IMG/VR virus record: IMGVR_UViG_3300025326_000238
Location: 1 to 20,769 of that record
DNA: 20,769 nucleotides
DNA from: a virus
Reading direction: 5' to 3' (one strand)
The notes below the pieces were generated by a model that did not search any database, was not told the origin of the DNA, and saw only the letters and a program-made list of their open reading frames with translations. Positions within the stretch are counted from its first letter, which is position 1. Each line of letters opens with the position of its first letter. Below, one piece after another: positions 14,890-20,769 of this stretch. The translations under genes and the position numbers were made by a program.

Positions 14890-15468
14890 GTGCCTAGCAA
14901 ATACTGGATCAAGCTCTACCACGAAATCATTGACGATCCGAAGATGATGCGTATGCCGGATGAGATGTTTGCCAAGACAATCAAGCTCTTCCTCCTAGCT
15001 GGAGACCACGACCAAGACGGCGAGCTACCTTCGCCAGAGGATATTGCGTGGCGCTTGCGTTACGATCCCAGTGACGTTGATGTAACGCTTCGTTACTTAG
15101 AGCGTAACGGCATCATTTCACAGAACGGATCTGGGGCATGGTGCATAAGCAAGTGGGCAGATAGGCAAGGCCCCATATCTGGCGCTGAGAGGGTCCGCAG
15201 ACACCGTATATCCCGTAGAAACGAACCTGTAACGAATCGTTACACAGAATCAGATCAAGAATCAGATACAGAAGAGATGAGATCAACATCCACAAGCGTT
15301 ACAGACCTGTTCCACTTCGGAGTTCCGCTAGACGCTGCACGACAGTACGTTGAGAGAGTGGGAGAAGAGAGAGCGAGAGAACTTAATACTCTTTTGTTCA
15401 AGGGAAAGATGGACAAGACCATCCGATCACCCAAAGCATACGCACTCAAAGTAATCTCAGAGGAGTAG
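14890..15468 (+). CDS. Phage replication initiator (replisome organiser N-terminal domain type)
   Basis: YWIKLYHEIIDDPKM start, KLFLLAG, a wHTH-like segment, ERVRRHR, ESDQESDTE linker and a C-terminal SPKAY. Confidence 0.8.
   Translation: MPSKYWIKLYHEIIDDPKMMRMPDEMFAKTIKLFLLAGDHDQDGELPSPEDIAWRLRYDPSDVDVTLRYLERNGIISQNGSGAWCISKWADRQGPISGAERVRRHRISRRNEPVTNRYTESDQESDTEEMRSTSTSVTDLFHFGVPLDAARQYVERVGEERARELNTLLFKGKMDKTIRSPKAYALKVISEE
15058..15302. repeat. Iteron-like GTAACG/CGTTAC cluster, candidate replication origin
   Basis: Seven hexamers at 15058, 15082, 15091, 15104, 15229, 15238 and 15297, including two GTAACG-N3-CGTTAC palindromes. AGAATCAGAT direct repeat at 15246 and 15258. Confidence 0.65.
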
Positions 15469-15510
15469 GTGGAGATACCGCGCCTAAAGACAACCCTAGA
15501 CAGGAGAAGG

Positions 15511-15753
15511 ATGATGCACACACGAAACCCTAATGTCAATACAGTCTGGAACTTGCTTGCCCCTTACATTGCATCAGAGAATCCGCCCGATCTAGGCAAT
15601 GAGGAACAGGCCGAACTATTGATAGCGAATGTCCTGCCTACTGTTTGGGATCTGATGCTGGCCGTTGAGAAGGAATTGGACAGCATCAAGCAAGCCCTAA
15701 GCGAAATCTACCATATCTGTGAATACGAGTACCCGGAGCTGCTGGATATATAG
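15511..15753 (+). CDS. Hypothetical protein (80 aa)
   Basis: AGGAG RBS before ATG 15511, preferred over the GTG at 15469. Confidence 0.6.
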   Translation: MMHTRNPNVNTVWNLLAPYIASENPPDLGNEEQAELLIANVLPTVWDLMLAVEKELDSIKQALSEIYHICEYEYPELLDI

Positions 15754-15784
15754 CTAGCCCCTGCGCCTACAAAGGAGAAGGACG

Positions 15785-15979
15785 ATGACCTTTGTTGAAC
15801 GTGCTGATTGGATTGATGTGAAAGAAGGCCAAACCTCGGGCGTCATTCGGAGGATGGGGCGCGTCAAGCCGTGCGCTAATTGCGGGAAGTTGACACCGTT
15901 CTTCGACGAATACCGAGATCGTCGCATCTGTTCCAAGAAATGTCTGATCGAGGATCGCGAGAAGAAAGGATGGAACTGA
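15785..15979 (+). CDS. Small Zn-finger protein (CxxC...CSxxC)
   Basis: AAGGAG RBS; CANCGK and ICSKKC. Confidence 0.65.
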   Translation: MTFVERADWIDVKEGQTSGVIRRMGRVKPCANCGKLTPFFDEYRDRRICSKKCLIEDREKKGWN

Positions 15980-16008
15980 TGCCAGTGAGTAGCCCATCAG
16001 GAGGAACG

Positions 16009-16287
16009 ATGCACACCCACGTCTGGCGACACTTCAACCAGGACATCCCGTTCCTATGCCGATTGGGGGACTGCGCGGCACAACTGACTTGGGAGGAAGC
16101 CGAGCGCCGCTTGAATGCCGTGGAGATGCTGCCTGTTGAGAAGGCGAAGGAGATTATCGAGGGCGTCTTGAAACTGGCCCATTTTGTAGGCGATGTGATA
16201 GATGACGATGAGTTGAAGACTATCGCCATTAACCCAAACAAGGATCTGTTGGCCTACGCCAGCATCTTAGAAGGGGAGACGACATGA
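16009..16287 (+). CDS. Hypothetical protein (about 92 aa)
   Basis: GGAGGA RBS before ATG 16009. An alternative coupled start is at 15979. Confidence 0.6.
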   Translation: MHTHVWRHFNQDIPFLCRLGDCAAQLTWEEAERRLNAVEMLPVEKAKEIIEGVLKLAHFVGDVIDDDELKTIAINPNKDLLAYASILEGETT

Positions 16288-16814
16288 GTGAGAAGTTGAC
16301 GCGTAAATACAGCGAGATCGTGGGAACTACATTTGTTGGCGGTGAATGGCAAGACCACGATTTGTTGTCTGTCATTGGCGACCTTGAATCTGAGCTCGCC
16401 CAAGCCCAGGCCGACGTGGAGGCGCTGCGAACTGCCATTGCGGACCTTGGGGAGGAGTGGGATAAGTCTAGCATTCATCAAGAAATCCACACAACAAGTC
16501 TAGGCTGGTTCATACGGCTGTGTCGGGAAGTCTCCCTCTCCCGAGCACTTGAGAGGAACAAGCAGATGAATGAGAAGCTGAGTCTGCACGATCATGGCAA
16601 TTGCGAACTATGCGATCAGCTCGAATCCGAACTCGCTCTACTGAGAAGGGCGGTGAAGGAACTGGATCATGACTTGCACCGCAAATGCAAGGTCATTGCA
16701 ATTCTGCAGAATGGGGGACAGGTCGGGCCCGCCGCGGGCGCTCCACATCTGCCGCTAGACGTACTGGAATTCATCAAGGAGCAGGAAGGTGCTAGTCTGG
16801 CTGAAGACCGCTAA
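16284..16814 (+). CDS. Hypothetical coiled-coil protein with a CxxC motif (176 aa)
   Basis: ATGA overlap; heptad-like LESELAQAQADVEAL; HGNCELC. Confidence 0.65.
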   Translation: MSEKLTRKYSEIVGTTFVGGEWQDHDLLSVIGDLESELAQAQADVEALRTAIADLGEEWDKSSIHQEIHTTSLGWFIRLCREVSLSRALERNKQMNEKLSLHDHGNCELCDQLESELALLRRAVKELDHDLHRKCKVIAILQNGGQVGPAAGAPHLPLDVLEFIKEQEGASLAEDR

Positions 16815-17055
16815 CGGGAAGGTAGCTCATGGCTGGGATCTCCGCTGGCCCAGACAGAGGAAGTTCGTCTCCCTCTGCTATCAATGGCGGGAGTGGGATG
16901 AGTTGGGCAGACCTGCAACAAGGAAGTGTCGGAGCTGTCAGAGAGTGTTCAAGCGGTTTCAGAAGAGAAGTAGGGGATTGAATCTCGAAATGCCTGTAGC
17001 GTGGTTCAATGCGGAGTGGAGATATGGAACCCATACACAGAGCCATTCTGAGTGA
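16789..17055 (+). CDS. Small basic Cys/His protein (88 aa)
   Basis: H...SLC...CRSC pattern; fills the gap. Confidence 0.5.
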   Translation: MLVWLKTANGKVAHGWDLRWPRQRKFVSLCYQWREWDELGRPATRKCRSCQRVFKRFQKRSRGLNLEMPVAWFNAEWRYGTHTQSHSE

Positions 17056-17380
17056 ACTCGGCGTCGGGAAGTTCCACTCCCTCTCTAGGGATGAACTCCG
17101 CCTCCGTGTTGGGTATTGGATGGATCGGGAAGTCTCCGACCGAGAGCTACGAGCGGCGATTGAGTGGCTTAGGGCTAACGATCCTCGTGGTGCTTGGATC
17201 ATCTCAGACTCAGCATGGCAGGGCTATTGGTTCGGGGAGTCCATCGAAGAAGTCAAGGAACACTGTAGAGTAACCAGGAACACAGCTTACACGCTGTTCA
17301 GGAGAGCACGACAGCAGGTGAAGTTGGCTGAACTAGCACTTAGAGAAGTCCGCGTAGAACAACTGGAGATGGCGATATGA
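17024..17380 (+). CDS. Putative winged-helix phage protein
   Basis: SRDEL...SDRELRAAIEWLR...IIS...GYW pattern; GGAG RBS before ATG 17024. Confidence 0.6.
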   Translation: MEPIHRAILSELGVGKFHSLSRDELRLRVGYWMDREVSDRELRAAIEWLRANDPRGAWIISDSAWQGYWFGESIEEVKEHCRVTRNTAYTLFRRARQQVKLAELALREVRVEQLEMAI

Positions 17381-17682
17381 GCAAGCTGCTTAGTGAATAT
17401 CTCAACGAGTTCGCCTCTGCACATGGCTTGCGGATGGCGAACGCCGGCTTACCTAGCGGCTACGATACTATCATGGGCTTTGCTGAATTGGCGATCAAGA
17501 TGCAGACTGAGAACGCCGAACTGAAGCGGCGGGTGGACATAGTAGAAGCACAACTCAAGATGGTCTGCGAGTCTGAGGAAATCCATCATCCAGATTGTCC
17601 ACAGTTCACTGGCCCCTACGATCTTGGAGAACTAGAGCCAGCATGTATCTGTGGGCTGGATCAGATGTTGGCCCATGACTAA
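17377..17682 (+). CDS. Hypothetical protein (101 aa; H..C...CxC tail)
   Basis: ATGA overlap; GGAG RBS. Confidence 0.6.
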   Translation: MSKLLSEYLNEFASAHGLRMANAGLPSGYDTIMGFAELAIKMQTENAELKRRVDIVEAQLKMVCESEEIHHPDCPQFTGPYDLGELEPACICGLDQMLAHD

Positions 17683-17887
17683 CTGGCACGCCTCCTACTT
17701 CCACCCCAAGCCCGCGGAATATCCCTCCGATCTCCTCCCCCATCAAGTGGAGTGGATTCGGGTGAACCAGTCGTATATCGACGCTGGATCTTCTGAGGAC
17801 ATGCGGGAACTCTGTAGTTCCTTTCATGGGAAAGAGGAGCTGTGTAGGTATGTGGCGAGGAAGGGGAGGAATAGCTGTGGGAGGTAG
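17675..17887 (+). CDS. Hypothetical protein (70 aa)
   Basis: Overlaps both neighbours. Confidence 0.45.
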   Translation: MTNWHASYFHPKPAEYPSDLLPHQVEWIRVNQSYIDAGSSEDMRELCSSFHGKEELCRYVARKGRNSCGR

Positions 17888-18194
17888 CAAATTCAAGAAT
17901 ATCCCGAAGCGGGTTGACGGCATCCTGTTCCAGAGTACCAAGGAAGCCCGGCGCTATACCGAACTCAAGGCGCTCCAACAGGCGGGCGTCATCAGCGATC
18001 TGGAGACGCAGCCCAAGTACCGCCTTGACGTGAATGGTGTCCATATCACGAACTACTTTGCGGACTTCAGGTACTTCGACAAAGAGCGCCAGCAGCAGGT
18101 AGTTGAGGACGTAAAAGGTGTCCGCACTCAAATCTACATTCTGAAAAGCAGGTTGATGGAGGCCATTCATGCGATTGAAGTTGAAGAAGTCTGA
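17877..18194 (+). CDS. DUF1064-family PD-(D/E)xK nuclease-like protein
   Basis: SKFKN...VDGILFQSTKEARRY, YFADFRY, VVEDVKG. GTG start after GGAGG. Confidence 0.85.
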   Translation: MGGSKFKNIPKRVDGILFQSTKEARRYTELKALQQAGVISDLETQPKYRLDVNGVHITNYFADFRYFDKERQQQVVEDVKGVRTQIYILKSRLMEAIHAIEVEEV

Positions 18195-18891
18195 CGCACC
18201 GCTCCAGATCAGATTCCGATGTCACTATTGCGGCTGCTGGGATTTGGTAAACCGGAGTCAACTCAATCACTACAAAGGTGCAGGGACATTCTGTTCTCGC
18301 CAATGTGCCTTCTCTTACTATCGGGAACATCCCGAAGAAAGGCAAAACTACAACAACGGTAGGACCATTGACGGTAATGGATACGTCCTGATGAGAGATC
18401 CGAGAATTCCCAAGAACGAGCCAGTGATCCGCGTGCGTGAACATCGGTTGATTATGGAGCAACACCTTGGACGCAGGCTCGATGGCTGGGAGCACATTCA
18501 TCATAAAAACGGCAACAAGATCGACAATCGAATTGAGAATCTCGTCATCATGGACGAGGCCAGTCACCATCTCTTACATAGCGACGACAGTCCAATGTGG
18601 GGAAAGCCAGCAGGATGGTTGGAATGGGACTTCTCGGTAGAACCCGAAACATGGATAAATCCGAAAGAAATCATTCTCGATCCATTTATTGAACTAGATA
18701 TTGTAGATCTATATCTTGACGGGCTTGGCATGGCCCGCATTGGCAAACTTTACGGGCATTCTCGCGAGCTAGTTAAGAGGGTTCTGCGGGATTATGGAAT
18801 TCCTTTTCGAAAGTGGGGCAGACACCGTGGCACTTGGTCGGAAGAGGCTTACGAAGCCCTGAGGTTGAGGGCGCAGGAGGTGAAGAAGTGA
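18169..18891 (+). CDS. HNH homing-type endonuclease (N-terminal Zn finger, HNH_3 core, C-terminal HTH-like)
   Basis: CHYC..FCSRQC; EHRLIMEQHLGRRL; HIHHKNGNKIDNRIENL. Confidence 0.85.
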   Translation: MRLKLKKSDAPLQIRFRCHYCGCWDLVNRSQLNHYKGAGTFCSRQCAFSYYREHPEERQNYNNGRTIDGNGYVLMRDPRIPKNEPVIRVREHRLIMEQHLGRRLDGWEHIHHKNGNKIDNRIENLVIMDEASHHLLHSDDSPMWGKPAGWLEWDFSVEPETWINPKEIILDPFIELDIVDLYLDGLGMARIGKLYGHSRELVKRVLRDYGIPFRKWGRHRGTWSEEAYEALRLRAQEVKK

Positions 18892-19127
18892 ACCGATCAG
18901 AAGCACACATGGCCGCAGCAAAGTATCTAGCTCAGAACGCCGCAATGAAGTCACAGATCAGATGGTTTCGGAAGATGTTGCGAGAGTTTGTCTGGCTCTA
19001 TCAACACGAATCGCCCAATGATCTCGGTTCATTTACGGAGATCCAGCGGCATGAATGGGTGATGCGACGGGATGCCGCAATAGCCACAGTCTTAAGAAAC
19101 TTGAAATACAGAGCGAGGAAGAAATGA
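18888..19127 (+). CDS. Hypothetical protein (79 aa)
   Basis: GGAGG RBS; GTGA overlap. Confidence 0.6.
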   Translation: MNRSEAHMAAAKYLAQNAAMKSQIRWFRKMLREFVWLYQHESPNDLGSFTEIQRHEWVMRRDAAIATVLRNLKYRARKK

Positions 19128-19312
19128 CTCTCCGCGAAGGTCTCTTATGGCAGTTCAACATCTTGAAAATCTCGACCTGGAGAAAATTCCGAAGGGCCAC
19201 ATGGGGCATTCTATGGTGCGCCATTCGCGGATATCATCTGTGGCATGGTGGCGGGATAAGGGACTTTCGCTGTCTGATGTGTGGCGAACGATACAAGGAT
19301 GGAATGCCATGA
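19124..19312 (+). CDS. Small basic protein (62 aa) with a C-terminal C...H...CxxC motif
   Basis: ATGA overlap; begins MTLREGLLWQ. Confidence 0.6.
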   Translation: MTLREGLLWQFNILKISTWRKFRRATWGILWCAIRGYHLWHGGGIRDFRCLMCGERYKDGMP

Positions 19313-19338
19313 CCCTCCGCGAAGGTTTACTTTGGCAG
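19124..19338 (+). repeat. 30-nt imperfect direct repeat at two consecutive gene starts
   Basis: 19124-19153 versus 19309-19338. The differences are synonymous. Confidence 0.8.
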
Positions 19339-19530
19339 CTCCGAAAAGGCCTCACCCAGGAAGCCGTGGAGGAGGCCAAGAGAGTCTACTTCTCCAAGTA
19401 CGGGAGTGAACCTAGAGAAGTTCTTTGTTCGCAGGCGCACTCACCCATTCCAGGAGTAACCCAGGATCGAGGCATACCCTTGGGCGTATTGCTTTTGACA
19501 TTCTCCCAAGAGAGGCCAGATGGGGCGTAA
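19309..19530 (+). CDS. Hypothetical protein (73 aa)
   Basis: ATGA overlap; begins MTLREGLLWQ; GLLW...EEA...Y..KYG..P motif. Confidence 0.65.
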   Translation: MTLREGLLWQLRKGLTQEAVEEAKRVYFSKYGSEPREVLCSQAHSPIPGVTQDRGIPLGVLLLTFSQERPDGA

Positions 19531-19583
19531 CGGGTTTGGTATAGGGGAAAGACAATCTCCGATAACCACCTTGGATGCCAACC

Positions 19584-19611
19584 TTGACATCCGTAAAGTT
19601 ACGAGTAGAAT
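19584..19611 (+). promoter_or_regulatory. Sigma70-type promoter for the second HNH gene (leaderless)
   Basis: TTGACA, 16 nt, TAGAAT; GTG start 6 nt downstream; no SD. Confidence 0.7.
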
Positions 19612-19617
19612 TGGCGT

Positions 19618-20115
19618 GTGGCAAAGACCCGCTCGTTGTACGGAAGCATCATGCTTGAGCGTCAAATCTGTCCGAAATGCGGGGAGTGGTGTCTTATCAA
19701 GCAGGGTAAAACAGCCTGTTGTGATGAGATTGCTGAGACTACGGCCAAGCGTCGTGCTCAGAGAATGTCAGGCGGATCAGGCGTTCGCCACATTCCAACA
19801 AAGGACGAGCGTAACCGCATTCTCTGGAAGCAGAAGCAATCATGTTTCTACTGCGGTAGGTACTTTGGGTCGGCGGTATTTCGCAATGGCAATATCATCC
19901 TGCTCAGGCTAGAATGGGATCACTTCGTACCGTTCTCTTTTACGCTTGCCCGACAGAACTTCGTCGCCGCTTGTCATATTTGCAATCGGATCAAGGCAAG
20001 CATGGTGTTCGAAACACCAGAAGAAGCTAGGCAATATGTCTCCAAGACGCGCGAGGCGAAAGGCTACAGCGAAGTGCCTAAAGTGTGGCCTGGAGTATCA
20101 GAAGAAGAGGAGTGA
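19618..20115 (+). CDS. HNH endonuclease, Zn-binding McrA-like type
   Basis: CFYCG...EWDHFVP...NFVAACHICNRIK, with an extra N-terminal CPKC..CC. Confidence 0.85.
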   Translation: MAKTRSLYGSIMLERQICPKCGEWCLIKQGKTACCDEIAETTAKRRAQRMSGGSGVRHIPTKDERNRILWKQKQSCFYCGRYFGSAVFRNGNIILLRLEWDHFVPFSFTLARQNFVAACHICNRIKASMVFETPEEARQYVSKTREAKGYSEVPKVWPGVSEEEE

Positions 20116-20197
20116 CCAACGCTACTGTAGTACATCCTGTCGCGTCAGGGCATGGCAACTCCGAACATTCATTCGCAAGAGCGAGGTTGGTGAGTGA
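20036..20197 (+). CDS. Small Zn-finger protein (53 aa)
   Basis: CLKCGLEYQKKRSDQRYCSTSCR motif; overlaps the HNH 3' end. Confidence 0.55.
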   Translation: MSPRRARRKATAKCLKCGLEYQKKRSDQRYCSTSCRVRAWQLRTFIRKSEVGE

Positions 20198-20430
20198 TCT
20201 CGAAGGCCGATCTCTTGAGAATGTACGAGGACATGGGTTCTTGGCACAGATTGGGACACGATATGGACATTCCCGCCATGACACTGTGGCGCTATGCCAA
20301 CGACCCCGACTATGAACCAAAGCGTAAGGACATCCGAATGAAACTAGATCTAGACCCCGCTTACCATGTCTTCTATGTCCGCCAAATACGCAATGCTGGG
20401 GGCCGCTTCGCAAAGGTGAACAATGGGTGA
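20194..20430 (+). CDS. Small putative HTH DNA-binding protein (78 aa)
   Basis: GSWHRLGHDMDIPAMTLWRYA is HTH-like; GTGA overlap. Confidence 0.55.
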   Translation: MISKADLLRMYEDMGSWHRLGHDMDIPAMTLWRYANDPDYEPKRKDIRMKLDLDPAYHVFYVRQIRNAGGRFAKVNNG

Positions 20431-20656
20431 CCGATACTTCCTCACGGTCCTCTGTCCAGAGTGCGGAGCCAAGCACTTGGATGTGTACTATGCCCCCACT
20501 TGTGAGATCAATACCTTCCGGTGTCCTTGTGGGAACATTATTGATCTGGAGGAGTACAGCGGGATTTCCTATGAAGACGCCAGCAACGCCTCTGAGATCA
20601 AGGCAATCGCAGATGGTTGGCTTCTTAGTGACGGACATCGTGCGGGACACGGATAG
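20423..20656 (+). CDS. Zn-ribbon protein (77 aa)
   Basis: CPECG...CPCG. Confidence 0.6.
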   Translation: MGDRYFLTVLCPECGAKHLDVYYAPTCEINTFRCPCGNIIDLEEYSGISYEDASNASEIKAIADGWLLSDGHRAGHG

Positions 20657-20659
20657 CCA

Positions 20660-20769
20660 ATGATCCGCCTCCTCCCCATCTTCCTGCTGCTCGCGGCCTG
20701 CTCCGTTCAGGTTCAACCTCTGCCTACAGTTCATCCTCAGGCAATAGAGACCTTAGCCCCTGATGAAAG
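20660..20769 (+). CDS. Predicted lipoprotein, truncated by the window end
   Basis: MIRLLPIFLLLAACSVQVQPLPT... has a basic n-region, a hydrophobic h-region and lipobox LAAC. Confidence 0.6.
   Translation, partial: MIRLLPIFLLLAACSVQVQPLPTVHPQAIETLAPDE

Larger units (their letters stand above)
1..20769. mobile_element. Tailed dsDNA phage or prophage genome segment (packaging, glycosylation and early/replication modules)
   Basis: Terminase small/large and portal genes, a phage-type replication initiator, HNH nucleases and dense small overlapping ORFs. No host housekeeping genes, integrase or att site seen. Confidence 0.95.

Noticed and set aside
19520-19912. 130-aa plus-strand ORF
   Set aside because: It overlaps a clear promoter and the HNH gene in another frame, and its composition is not protein-like.
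10008-20734. Minus-strand ORFs in the right arm (e.g. 10008-10445, 13908-14327, 17679-18170, 18067-18570, 20078-20734)
   Set aside because: Antisense to a continuous, translationally coupled plus-strand gene chain, with no recognisable domains.
1-20769. CRISPR array, tRNA, DGR/retron reverse transcriptase, integrase/att, IS element
   Set aside because: No regularly spaced repeats, cloverleaf, RT or recombinase motifs seen by eye.

Overview
This window is a segment of a tailed dsDNA bacteriophage or prophage genome. No integrase, att site or host gene is visible, so free phage versus prophage cannot be decided. Two arms diverge from a bidirectional promoter at about 10.03-10.08 kb. The leftward (minus) arm carries a ribbon-helix-helix regulator, then a tightly coupled operon: three GT-A glycosyltransferase domains (one fused to a CstII/Maf/DUF115-like domain), a sugar nucleotidyltransferase, an FkbM-type methyltransferase and an N4/N6 DNA methyltransferase. 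These are followed by terminase small and large subunits, a portal with a long C-terminal extension and a small virion-type protein. The rightward (plus) arm is an early/replication region of many small ORFs: a probable ssDNA-annealing protein, an Rnl2-type RNA ligase, a replisome-organiser-type initiator with internal iteron-like repeats and a structured two-state leader, a DUF1064 nuclease, two HNH endonucleases, Zn-finger microproteins and a lipoprotein cut by the window end. The best candidates for follow-up are the phage glycan-building operon next to the packaging genes, the RNA switch upstream of the replication initiator, and tandem genes that share identical N-terminal peptides. All family calls come from motif recognition by eye; no database search was run.
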